Source: Eledone cirrhosa
Lineage: Eukaryota
Assembly (NCBI GenBank): GCA_964016885.1
Contig: OZ024741.1
Location: forward strand, 85,932,001 to 85,996,000
Reading direction: 5' to 3'
Length of the DNA: 64,000 nt
The stretch's first letter is position 1; the number at the start of each line of letters is the position of its first letter. The translations under genes and the position numbers were made by a program. Below, one piece after another: positions 35,901 to 52,300 of this stretch. The notes beneath the pieces are model-generated. The model ran no database searches, was not told where the DNA came from, and saw only the letters and a program-made list of their open reading frames with translations.

Positions 35901-36936
35901 CTCTAACACAGGATTCCATCACTTTGGTGATGCAGCTAGTAAGACTGACTGGACGATAGTTGACAGGTGATGTGCGATCAGCCTTTTTGAACAGAGGATT
36001 CAACAGAGAAGTTCTCTATCTTCTACTTAACACCATAAAAACAGAGCACCATATCATTTATAGTAGAACTATGGGCAGTTTCAGGCAGTTTGGTACCAAA
36101 AGGGTTAAAACTCTTGCTGTTAATGTAGTTAATATATCCTTAGTATTATTTTAGAAATTCAATCATAATATATTGATCTCTTCAGTTAAAACCACTCATT
36201 CAATGTATTGATTTTTCTTCCAGCCTTTTCAATCATTGGTGCTGCCATGGAGATACCATATGGTAGTCAATCACTTGATAGTTGTCCTGAATGACCTTAA
36301 AGTCAACACTTCCATACCAGAATCACAGTAGTATGCCATGTCACTGATTCTCTCGTGAAGTTTCTTATCTAAAGTTTTGACATCTTTGGAGTTTTGGTGC
36401 CATAAGAGAGAAGATTTTCCTCTTGCTCTCCAATAATCTACGTATGTCTGTGTGTATATATGTACGTATGTATGTTGTGTGTAAAGTAATGTGGCATAGT
36501 GGTTAGGACACTGGACTCATGATTGTAAGGTAATGTACTTCAACAAGACACTTTATTTCATATTGCTTCAGTCTATTCAGCTGGCAAAAGTGTGTTGTAC
36601 CTGTAATTCAAGAGGCCAGCCCTGTCACACATTGTGTCACACTAAATTTCCCTGAGAACTACGTTACACATGAATTTCACATTAATTTCACATGCGGGCA
36701 GTTCCACTGATTGAATCAACTGGAGCATTAGTTATCAGAAATGACAGAAGTCCAACAACATGCATTTATGTTGTATGTGTATGTATGTATATTCATATGC
36801 ATACATACATATGTATGTATACATGTATATGTATGTGTGTGTGTATGTATATATATATATATATACACACAGACACATATATATTGTATGAATGTGTAGG
36901 TTTATTTCTATGTATTTATACCTATATGCATACAGA

Positions 36937-37013
<77 letters not shown>

Positions 37014-37608
37014 CCCTCCACACACACTCACATAAAACGATTTTCAATTTCCTTAGTTTGCAGACAAAATCTTACTTTCCATCTAAAGTTTGTAGATATA
37101 TTTTTTCTATTTTCTAAAACCACTCAATCAAATAAGATTAAGATCACAGACAGGGACAGAAGAAAATTGATTAAAACTGAACATAACGATAATGATGATG
37201 GTGATGATAATAATAATAGTAAATGATAATAAAAATGATAATAAACAGACAACAATAATGATGATGATGTTAATAACAATATTCTTTTTTTTTAAGAGGA
37301 AAAAGAAGAAATTGAACAATATATAATAATTGTTTCTACTTTTGGCACAAGGCCAGCAATATATAATAATGCAATGAAGACATTACAGAAATTATGTGGC
37401 AATATATGTATTACATGTACATTATATATATATATATATATATATAATGTACATGTAATACATATATTGCCACATAACTGCCGAGGTTAACTTTGCCTTT
37501 CATCCTTACGGGGTCGATAAAATAAAGTACCAGTAATACACTGGGGTAATGTAGTTGACTTTCCCCTTCCCTTCAAATTACTGGCCTTGTGCCAAGTGTA
37601 GAAACAAT

Positions 37609-37668
<60 letters not shown>

Positions 37669-37789
37669 CTGTATGAGCAAGAAATGGACACCTGACCTAG
37701 CATTGCCCATAACAGGACAACTCATCTAACCCATGCTAGCATGGAAAATGGATGTAAAACGGTGATGATGATGATATATATATATATAA

Positions 37790-38835
37790 CTCTCTACACT
37801 GTCATCTCTCATGATAAAAGCCTCTGCACTCTCCAGCATTTTTTAGATTTACGCCCTACACCCTACCCTAGCACTCTTCTCCACCTTGCTGAGCTCATTC
37901 TCAATCTCAATGGTTTTTCCTTTTCTGGTGAGTTTTACCAACAGGTCTCTGGGGTGGCCATGGGAACCAGAAAGGGCCTTAACTACAGCAACTTGTTCAT
38001 TGGTTATGTTGAGGCCTTGAACTTTTCCCAGTACATTGGTCCGACCCCTGAGCAATATAGTTTTTTCTACATCGATGATTGTATTGATGCCACCTCTCTT
38101 TCCCATGAACAGTCTTTTCACCACCTCCATCTCCAACTCTTCAGTCCAATTTCTCAACATCCCTCCCTCCCTATCAAGCACACTCACCACACACTCTCTA
38201 CGTCCATCTTCTATAAGCTCAGATTCCCACTCCTACCTTAACTTCACATCCTCCCTACCCTACTTCCAATTCCTCTGTCTTCATCTGCTCTGTAGCCAGG
38301 ATCACAATTTCAAGACCCAATCCAGTCACATCTTGCTTCTTTCCAAACCCACCCATCAGTGCTTTTAAGCCCACCTGTAATCTCCGCAACCTCCTGGTAC
38401 ACAGTTCCATCCCTTCCTCTCCTAGGACTCCACCCAGCTCCCGTCCCTGTTCTTTTCTCCGCTGTAACACCTGAACATTCATTTCTAACCTCACCACTCT
38501 TATAGGCACTAACGGTTCTTTCCGTATCTGCCACTCCTTCATCTGCACATCCACCCACGTAATTTATGTCCTCTGGTGTACCCTTTGCAGGTCCATACAC
38601 ATCACACAAACAGACCACTGCCTGGCGGACCATTTCGCTGAACACTGAGGAACATACAACTCAGCATCGATTCCCTCCTCACTCGACATTTCCATTCCCA
38701 AGGCCACTTCTCTTTATATGTCTCATTCCTTGGTGCCCTTTTACATCATGGATTGCTGGCCTTGCGCATCAGGTCTAAGCAGAGACTGATTTTCTGTCTT
38801 GGATCCAGTGTCCCTTATAGACTCAAATCCCCTCA
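37790..38835 (+). mobile_element. Decayed Penelope-like element (RT + GIY-YIG remnant)
   Basis: SLYTVISH...LAELILNLNGFSFSGEFYQQVSGVAMGT...NLFIGYVE...YIDDC, then downstream FICTSTHVIYVLWCTLC...LADHFAEH. Confidence 0.85.
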
Positions 38836-40369
38836 CTAATTTCTTTTAATCTTGCACACACATGCTCGTGCTTACTTCTATACCTCTAGTCACTGTCACC
38901 CCTACCTCATCTTCTTTCACACATGCATGCACACATTCACACCCTATGTTCCTTCCTCTGGCTCTATTATGGTCAGAAACACACACTCTTACAGCTTGCA
39001 CAGACCAATAACAATGCACACACACCTCTGCACTTACCCTCACAACTCTGTACAGACCAACTAACACACACACACACTCTCTTGAACTTATATATACACA
39101 CACATATCCTCTTAGCTTTGTAGAGACAAATAACAGACACACATATACATGTACACTCATGCATACATGCTCTATATACAAAATGATTTTTTTTTCCTTT
39201 TCAGCTAGACACGTTTGATCGCCGCCTTTTAAAACAAAATCAACTTATACAACAAAGCCAGAATCAACTGTTTTTCAAGAGATGGCAACTTAAATAGACC
39301 TGTTTTTCTATAGGAAATTCTTATTCATTCCTGCAACTCCCCACTTTCCGCTATCTTTCTATTTATTTCTCCTTATTACTATCAAGAGACCAAACCTCAT
39401 CATGTAGCGGAAAGAAAAGAAGCTGATGAAGTTGGTGGAGCTTACTGTCTCTTGGGAGGTCACTCTATGTCAGAACATTACTACCTCTCATTAATTAGAG
39501 CCTGCCAGCTTTTGCTCTGTATGCAAATGAGCTTCATCAGCCAATGTCCATAAGCATAAATACTATAGGCTTTTAGCTGTTTTTTCATAGCATCCAAGCG
39601 GAGTTAGCACCTCTGAAGACACTTAAAAAACCAGAAACAGTGCAGTTAAGATGCTCTCCCTTGGTTGCTTCTTCTTTCTTCCATCCAGCTCCCTATAACT
39701 CACTCACCCCATGTCTAGTTTACCCCTCAATCCTCACTTACATAACACTACCAGGGACTACGCACAACTAAACTACATCGTCTACACAACCCACCATACC
39801 CACACCATATATATATATATATACGACAGGCTTCAGCAGTTTTCATCTACAAAATTCCACTTACAAGATACTGGATAAACCAAGGCTACAGTAGAAGACA
39901 CTTGGCCTATGTGCCACACAGTGAGACTGAATCCAGAATCACGTGGTTACAAAGTGAACTCTTTAACCACACAGCCATGTCTGTCATATTAAGATATGAT
40001 GTATGATATATTAAGATATGATGTCGGATATATTATGATATAGAATATTGAATATAATAGAATACAATACGCATTGATTACGAAGGAAAAACTTTCAAAA
40101 ACAAAACAAACTAACAATAAAAGCATGAAGGAAGAAAAAATAATTGAAGCAGAGAAAGACAGATGAGATTAAGAAGTTTAAGGAGAGGGTGAGGATGATG
40201 GTGAGAGGTGCGAAAGATGAGGAGTTTGGGTGATGCTGAGGGTTGGAGTGATGGTTAGGAGAGGTAGGTTAGAAAGTCCATCATTACATATCTTTATTGA
40301 TTTTGTTCTATTTTTAACATGGGTTTTGTGAGAGTGTAACCTGCAGTACTTCACATTATACCATCATAT

Positions 40370-43300
40370 ACCACCTCCATCACTATTATCAATAACATCA
40401 ATACATTTGACTATACCACCGCTAACAACAACATCACTATCAACTATACCACCTCCAACAACAACTCTATCAAACTGTACCACCAACAACACTATCAACT
40501 ATACCATCAGTAATAACAACAACACTATCAATTTTACCAAAAACACTATTAACTATACCACCAACAACAACACTATTAAATATACCACAAAAAACAACAC
40601 TATCCACTATACCACCAGCAACAACACTATCTACTATACCACCAACAACAACACTATCAACTATACCACCAGCAATAACAACATCACTATCAACTATACC
40701 ACCAACAACAACACTATCCACTATACCCCCACCAGCAACACTATCCACTATACCACCAACAACAACACTATCCACTATAACCCCAACAACAACACTATCC
40801 ACTATACCCCCACCAGCAACACTATCCACTATACCACCAACAACAACACTATCCACTATACCACCAACAACAACACTATCCACTATACCACCAACAACAA
40901 CACTATCCACTATACCACCAACAACAACACTATCCACTATACCACCAACAACAACACTATCCACTATACCACCACCAGCAACACTATCCACTATACCACC
41001 ACCAACAACACTATCCACTATACCCCCAGCAGCACACTATCCACTATACCACCAACAAAAACACTATCCACTATACCCCCACCAGCAACACTATCCACTA
41101 TACCCCCACCAGCAACACTATCCACTATACCACCAACAACAACACTATCCACTATACCACCACCAGCAACACTATCCACTATACCACCACCAACAACACT
41201 ATCCACTATACCCCCAGCAACACACTATCCACTAAACCACCAACAACAACACTATCCACTATACCACCAACAACAACACTATCCACTATACCCCCACCAG
41301 CAACACTATCCACTATACCCCCACCAGCAACACTATCTACTATACCACCAACAACAACACTATCCACTATACCACCACCAGCAACACTATCCACTATACC
41401 ACCAACAACAACACTATCCACTATACCCCCACCAGCAACACTATCCACTATACCCCCACCAGCAACACTATCCACTATACCACCAACAACAACACTATCC
41501 ACTATACCACCAACAACAACACTATCCACTATACCACCACCAGCAACACTATCCACTATACCACCACCAACAACACTATCCACTATACCCCCAGCAGCAC
41601 ACTATCCACTATACCACCAACAACAACACTATCCACTATACCACCACCAGCAACACTATCCACTATACCACCACCAACAACACTATCCACTATACCCCCA
41701 CCAGCAACACTATCCACTATACCACCAACAACAACACTATCCACTATACCACCAACAACAACACTATCCACTATACCACCAACAACAACACTATCCACTA
41801 TACCACCAACAACAACACTATCCACTATACCACCAACAACAACACTATCCACTATACCACCACCAGCAACACTATCCACTATACCACCACCAACAACACT
41901 ATCCACTATACCCCCAGCAGCACACTATCCACTATACCACCAACAACAACACTATCCACTATACCCCCACCAGCAACACTATCCACTATACCACCACCAG
42001 CAACACTATCCACTATACCACCAACAACAACACTATCCACTATACCCCCACCAGCAACACTATCCACTATACCCCCACCAGCAACACTATCCACTATACC
42101 ACCACCAGCAACACTATCCACTATACCACCAACAACAACACTATCCACTATACCACCAACAACAACACTATCCACTATACCACCACCAGCAACACTATGC
42201 ACTATACCACCAACAACAACACTATCCACTATACCACCAACAACAACACTGTCCACTATACCACCAACAACAACACTATCCACTATACCTCCACCAGCAA
42301 CACTATGCACTATACCACCAACAACAACACTATCCACTATAACCCCACCAACAACACTATCCACTATACCACCACCAACAACACTATCCACTATACCACC
42401 ACCAGCAACACTATGCACTATACCACCAACAACAACACTATCCACTATACCACCAACAACAACACTGTCCACTATACCACCAACAACAACACTATCCACT
42501 ATACCTCCACCAGCAACACTATGCACTATACCACCAACAACAACACTATCCACTATACCCCCACCAACAACACTATGCACTATACCACCAACAACAACAC
42601 TATCCACTATACCTCCAACAACACTATCCACTATACCACCACCAACAACACTATCCACTATACCACCAACAACAACACTATCCACTATACCACCACCAAC
42701 AACACTATGCACTATACCACCAACAACAACACTATCCACTATACCCCCACCAGCAACACTATCCACTATACCACCACCAACAACACTATGCACTATACCA
42801 CCAACAACAACACTATCCACTATACCTCCAACAACAACACTATCCACTATACCACCAACAACAACACTATGCACTATACCACCACCAGCAACACTATCCA
42901 CTATACCACCACCAACAACACTATGCACTATACCACCAACAACAACACTATCCACTATACCTCCAACAACAACACTATCCACTATACCCCCACCAGCAAC
43001 ACTATCCACTATACCACCACCAACAACACTAACCACTATACCTCCAACAACAACACTATCCACTATACCACCAACAACAACACTATCCAGTATACCCCCA
43101 CCAGCAACACTATCCACTATACCACCACCAACAACACTAACCACTATACCACCAACAACAACACTATCCACTATACCACCAACAACAACACTATCCACTA
43201 TACCCCCACCAGCAACACTATCCACTATACCACCACCAGCAACACTATCCACTATACCACCAACAACAACACTATCCACTATACCCCCACCAGCAACACT

Positions 43301-46300
43301 ATCCACTATACCACCACCAGCAACACTATCCACTATACCACCAACAACAACACTATCCACTGTACCCCCACCAGCAACACTATCCACTATACCACCACCA
43401 GCAACACTATCCACTATACCACCACCAGCAACACTATCCACTATACCACCAACAACAACACTATCCACTATACCACCAACAACAACACTATCCACTATAC
43501 CACCAACAACAACACTATCCACTATAACCCCAACAACAACACTATCCACTATACCACCAACAACAACACTATCCACTATACCACCAACAACAACACTATC
43601 CACTATACCACCAACAACAACACTATCCACTATACCCCCACCAGCAACACTATCCAGTATACCACCAACAACAACACTATCCACTATACCTCCAACAACA
43701 ACACTATCCACTATAACCCAACAACAACACTATCCACTATACCACCAACAACAACACTATCCACTATACCACCACTAACAACACTATCCACTATACCACC
43801 AACAACAACACTATCCACTATACCACCAACAACAACACTATCCACTATACCACCAACAACAACACTATCCACTATAACCCCAACAACAACACTATGCACT
43901 ATACCACCAACAACAACACTATCCACTATACCACCAACAACAACACTATCCACTATACCACCAACAACAACACTATCCACTATACCACCAACAACAACAC
44001 TATCCACTATACCACCACCAACAACACTATCCACTATACCACCACCAGCAACACTATCCACTATACCACCAACAACAACACTATCCACTATACCACCAAC
44101 AACAACACTATCCACTATACCACCAACAACAACACTATCCACTATACCTCCAACAACAACACTATCCACTATACCACCAACAACAACACTATCCACTATA
44201 ACCCCACCAGCAACACTATCCACTATACCACCACCAACAACACTATCCACTATAACCCCACCAGCAACACTATCCACTATACCACCACCAACAACACTAT
44301 CCACTATACCACCACCAGCAACACTATCCACTATACCACCAACAACAACACTATCCACTATACCACCAACAACAACACTATCCACTATACCACCACCAAC
44401 AACACTATCCACTATACCACCAACAACAACACTATCCACTATACCTCCAACAACAACACTATCCACTATAACCCCAACAACAACACTATCCACTATACCT
44501 CCAACAACAACACTATCCACTATAACCCCACCAGCAACACTATCCACTATACCACCACCAGCAACACTATCCACTATACCACCACCAGCAACACTATCCA
44601 CTATACCCCCAACAACAACACTATCCACTATACCACCAACAACAACACTATCCACTATACCACCACCAACAACACTATCCACTATACCACCAACAACACT
44701 ATCCACTATACCACCAACAACAACACTATCTACTATACCCCCACCAGCAACACTATCCACTATACCACCAACAACAACACTATCCACTATACCCCCACCA
44801 GCAACACTATCCACTATACCACCAACAACAACACTATCCACTATACCCCCACCAGCAACACTATCCACTATACCTCCACCAGCAACACTATCCACTATAC
44901 CACCACCAGCAACACTATCCACTATACCACCAACAACAACACTATCCACTATACCCCCACCAGCAACACTATCCACTATACCTCCACCAGCAACACTATC
45001 CACTATACCACCACCAACAACACTATCCACTATACCACCACCAGCAACACTATCCACTATACCACCAACAACAACACTAACCACTATACCGCCACCAGCA
45101 ACACTATCCAGTATACCACCAACAACAACACTATCCACTATACCCCCACCAGCAACACTATGCACTATACCACCAACAACAACACTATCCACTATACCTC
45201 CACCAGCAACACTATGCACTATACCACCAACAACAACACTATCCACTATACCCCCACCAGCAACACTATGCACTATACCACCAACAACAACACTATCCAC
45301 TATACCTCCACCAGCAACACTATGCACTATACCACCAACAACAACACTATCCACTATACCCCCACCAGCAACACTATGCACTATACCACCAACAACAACA
45401 CTATCCACTATACCTCCACCAGCAACACTATGCACTATACCACCAACAACAACACTATCCACTATACCCCCACCAGCAACACTATGCACTATACCACCAA
45501 CAACAACACTATCCACTATACCCCCACCAGCAACACTATGCACTATACCACCAACAACAACACTATCCACTATACCCCCACCAGCAACACTATGCACTAT
45601 ACCACCAACAACAACACTATCCACTATACCTCCACCAACAACACTATCCACTATACCCCCACCAACATCACTATCCACTATACCACCAACAACATCACTA
45701 TCCACTATACCACCAACAACAACAACACTATCCACTATACCACCAACAACAACACTATCCACTATACCACCACCAACAACACTATCCACTATACCCCCAC
45801 CAACAACACTATCCACTATACCACCAACAACAACAACACTATCCACTATACCACCAACAACAACACTATCCACTATACCACCACCAACAACACTATCCAC
45901 TATACCACCAACAACAACACTATCCACTATACCACCAACAACACTATCCACTATACCCCCACCAGCAACACTATCCACTATACCACCAACAACAACAACA
46001 CTATCCACTATACCCCCACCAACAACACTATCCACTATACCACCAACAACAACAACACTATCCACTATACCACCAACAACAACACTATCCACTATACCAA
46101 CAACAACACTATCCACTATACCCCCACCAGCAACACTATCCACTATACCACCAACAACAACACTATCCACTATACCCCCACCAGCAACACTATCTACTAT
46201 ACCACCAACAACAACACTATCCACTATACCTCCAACAACAACACTATCTACTATACCCCCACCAACAACACTATCCACTATACCTCCAACAACAACACTA

Positions 46301-49300
46301 TCCACTATACCACCAACAACAACACTATCCACTATACCACCAACAACAACACTATCTACTATACCACCAACAACAACACTATCCACTATACCACCAACAA
46401 CACTATCCACTATACCCCCACCAGCAACACTATCCACTATACCACCAACAACAACAACACTATCCACTATACCCCCACCAACAACACTATCCACTATACC
46501 ACCAACAACAACAACACTATCCACTATACCAACAACAACACTATCCACTATACCCCCACCAGCAACACTATCCACTATACCACCAACAACAACACTATCC
46601 ACTATACCCCCACCAGCAACACTATCTACTATACCACCAACAACAACACTATCCACTATACCTCCAACAACAACACTATCTACTATACCCCCACCAACAA
46701 CACTATCCACTATACCTCCAACAACAACACTATCCACTATACCACCAACAACAACACTATCCACTATACCACCAACAACAACACTATCTACTATACCACC
46801 AACAACAACACTATCCACTATACCACCAACAACACTATCCACTATACCCCCACCAGCAACACTATCCACTATACCACCAACAACAACACTATCCACTATA
46901 CCTCCAACAACAACACTATCTACTATACCCCCACCAGCAACACTATCCACTATACCACCAACAACAACACTATCCACTATACCTCCAACAACAACACTAT
47001 CTACTATACCCCCACCAGCAACACTATCCACTATACCACCAACAACAACAACACTATCCACTATACCCCCACCAACAACACTATCCACTATACCACCAAC
47101 AACAACAACACTATCCACTATACCACCAACAACAACACTATCCACTATACCAACAACAACACTATCCACTATACCCCCACCAGCAACACTATCCACTATA
47201 CCACCAACAACAACACTATCCACTATACCCCCACCAGCAACACTATCTACTATACCACCAACAACAACACTATCCACTATACCTCCAACAACAACACTAT
47301 CTACTATACCCCCACCAACAACACTATCTACTATACCCCCACCAACAACACTATCCACTATACCTCCAACAACAACACTATCCACTATACCACCAACAAC
47401 AACACTATCCACTATACCACCAACAACAACAACACTATCTACTATACCACCAACAACAACACTATCCACTATACCACCAACAACAACACTATCCACTATA
47501 CCACCAACAACAACACTATCCACTATAACCCCACCAACAACACTATCCACTATACCACCAACAACAACACTATCCACTATACCACCAACAACAACACTAT
47601 CCACTATACCACCAACAACAACACTATCCACTATACCACCAACAACAACACTATCCACTATAACCCCACCAACAACACTATCCACTATACCACCAACAAC
47701 AACACTATGCACTATACCTCCACCAGCAACACTATCCACTATACCACCAACAACAACACTATCCACTATACCCCCACCAACAACACTATCCACTCTACCA
47801 CCACCAGCAACACTAACCACTATAACACCACCAACAACACTATCAACTATACCACCAACAACAACACTATGCACTATACCCCCACCAGCAACACTATCCA
47901 CTATACCACCAACAACAACACTATCCACTATACCACCAACAACAACACTATCCACTATACCACCAACAACAACACTATCCACTATACCACCAACAACAAC
48001 ACTATCCACTATACCACCAACAACAACACTATCCACTATACCACCAACAACAACACTATCCACTATACCCCCACCAGCAACACTATCCACTATACCCCCA
48101 CCAACAACACTATCAACTATACCACCAACAACAACACTATGCACTATACCACCAACAACAACACTATGCACTATACCACCAACAACAACACTATCCACTA
48201 TACCCCCACCAACAACACTATCCACTATACCACCAACAACAACGCTATCCACTATAACCCCACCAACAACACTATCCACTATACCACCAACAACAACACT
48301 ATGCACTATACCTCCACCAGCAACACTATCCACTATACCACCAACAACAACACTATCCACTATACCCCCACCAACAACACTATCCACTCTACCACCACCA
48401 GCAACACTAACCACTATAACACCACCAACAACACTATCAACTATACCACCAACAACAACACTATGCACTATACCCCCACCAGCAACACTATCCACTATAC
48501 CACCAACAACAACACTATCCACTATACCACCAACAACAACACTATCCACTATACCACCAACAACAACACTATCCACTATACCACCAACAACAACACTATC
48601 CACTATACCACCACCAACAACACTATCCACTATACCACCAACAACAACACTATCCACTATACCACCACCAACAACACTATCCAGTATACCACCTACAACA
48701 ACACTATCCACTATACCACCAACAACACTATCCACTATAACCCCACCAACAACACTATCCACTATACCACCAACAACAACACTATCCACTATACCACCAA
48801 CAACAACACTATCCACTATACCACCAACAACAACACTATCCACTATACCACCAACAACAACACTATCCACTATGCCACCAACAACAACACTATCCAGTAT
48901 ACCACCAACAACAACACTATCCACTATACCCCCGCCAGCAACACTATCCACTATACCACCAACAACAACACTATCCACTATACCCCCACCAGCAACACTA
49001 TCCACTATACCCCCACCAGCAACACTATCCACTATACCACCAACAACAACACTATCCACTATACCCCCAGCAGCACACTATCCACTATACCACCAACAAC
49101 AACACTATCCACTATACCACCAACAACACTATCCACTATACCCCCAGCAGCACACTATCCAGTATACCACCAACAACAACACTAACCACTATACCCCCAC
49201 CAACAACACTATCCACTATACCACCAACAACAACACTATCCACTATACCCCCAGCAGCACGCTATCCACTATACCACCAACAACAACACTATCCACTATA

Positions 49301-52300
49301 CCACCAACAACACTATCCACTATACCCCCAGCAGCACACTATCCACTATACCACCAACAACAACACTAACCACTATACCCCCACCAACAACACTATCCAC
49401 TATACCACCAACAACAACACTATCCACTATACCACCAACAACAACACTAACCACTATACCCCCACCAGCAACACTATCCACTATACCACCAACAACAACA
49501 CTATCCACTATACCACCAACAACAACACTATCCACTATACCACCAACAACAACACTATCCAGTATACCACCAACAACAACACTATCCACTATACCCCCGC
49601 CAGCAACACTATCCACTATACCACCAACAAGAACACTATCCACTATACCCCCACCAGCAACACTATCCACTATACCCCCACCAGCAACACTATCCACTAT
49701 ACCACCAACAACAACACTATCCACTATACCACCAACAACAACACTATCCACTATACCACCAACAACAACACTATCCACTATACCACCAACAAAACACTAT
49801 CCACTATACCACCACCAACAACACTATCCACTATACCACCAACAACAACACTATGCACTATACCACCACCAACAACACTATCCACTATACCTCCAACAAC
49901 AACACTATCCACTATACCTCCAACAACAACACTATCCACTATACCCCCAGCAGCACACTATCCACTATACCACCAACAACAACACTAACCACTATACCCC
50001 CACCAGCAACACTATCCACTATACCACCAACAACAACACTATCCACTATACCACCACCAACAACACTATCAACTATACCCCCACCAGCAACACTATCCAC
50101 TATACCACCAACAACAACACTATCCACTATACCACCACCAACAACACTATCCACTATACCCCCACCAGCAACACTATCCACTATACCACCAGCAGCACAC
50201 TATCCACTATACCACCACCAACAACACTAACCACTATACCCCCACCAACAACACTATCCACTATACCACCACCAACAACACTATCCACTATACCACCACC
50301 AACAACACTAACCACTATACCCCCACCAACAACACTATCCACTATACCCCCACCAGCAACACTATCCACTATACCACCAACAACAACACTATTCACTATA
50401 CCCCCACCAACAACACTATCCACTATACCACCAACAACAACACTATCCACTATACCACCAACAACAACACTATCCACTATACCACCACCAACAACACTAT
50501 CCACTATACCACCAACAACACTATCCACTATACCACCAACAACAACACTATCCACTATACCACCAACAACACTATCCACTATACCCCCAGCAGCACACTA
50601 TCCACTATACCACCAACAACAACACTAACCACTATACCCCCACCAACAACACTATCCACTATACCACCAACAACAACACTATCCACTATACCACCAACAA
50701 CAACACTAACCACTATACCCCCACCAACAACACTATCCACTATACCACCAACAACAACACTATCCACTATACCACCAACAACAACACTATCCACTATACC
50801 CCCAACAGCAACACTATCCACTATACCACCAACAACAACACTATCCACTATACCCCCACCAACAACACTATACACTATACCACCAACAACAACACTATCC
50901 ACTATACCACCAACAACAACACTATCCACTATACCCCCACCAGCAACACTATCCACTATACCACCAACAACAACACTATCCACTATACCCCCACCAACAA
51001 CACTATCCACTATACCACCAACAACAACACTATCCACTATACCACCAACAACAACACTATCCACTATACCCCCAGCAGCACACTATCCACTATACCACCA
51101 ACAACAACACTATCCACTATACCACCAACAACAACACTATCCACTATACCACCAACAACAACACTATCCACTATACAACCACCAACAACACTATCCACTA
51201 TACCCCCAGCAGCACACTATCCACTATACCACCAACAACAACACTAACCACTATACCCCCACCAACAACACTATCCACTATACCCCCACCAGCAACACTA
51301 TCCACTATACCACCAACAACAACACTATCCACTATACCACCAACAACAACACTATCCACTATACCACCAACAACAACACTATCCACTATACCACCAACAA
51401 CAACACTATCCACTATACCAACAACAACACTATCCACTATACCACCAACAACACTATCCACTATACCACCAACAACACTATCCACTATACCACCAACAAC
51501 AACACTATCCACTATACCACCAACAACACTATCCACTATACCCCCACCAGCAACACTATCCACTATACCACCACCAACAACACTATCCACTATACCACCA
51601 CCAACAACACTATCCACTATACCACCAACAACACTATCCACTATACCACCAACAACACTATCCACTATACCACCAACAACAACACTATCCACTATACCAC
51701 CAACAACACTATCCACTATACCCCCACCAGCAACACTATCCACTATACCACCACCAACAACACTATCCACTATACCACCACCAACAACACTATCCACTAT
51801 ACCACCAACAACAACACTATCCACTATACCACCAACAACACTATCCACTATACCCCCACCAGCAACACTATCCACTATACCACCACCAACAACACTATCC
51901 ACTATACCACCAACAACAACACTATCCACTATCCACCAGCAACACTATCCACTATACCACCACCAACAACACTATCCACTATACCACCAACAACAACACT
52001 ATCCACTATACCACCAACAACACTATCCACTATACCCCCACCAGCAACACTATCCACTATACCACCAATAACAACACTATCCACTATACCACCAACAACA
52101 ACACTATCCACTATACCCCCAACAACAACACTATCCACTATACCACCAACAACAACACTATCCACTATACCACCAACAACAACACTATCCACTATACCCC
52201 CAACAACAACACTATCCACTATACCACCAACAACAACACTATCCACTATACCACCACCAACAACACTATCCACTATACCACCAACAACAACACTATCCAC

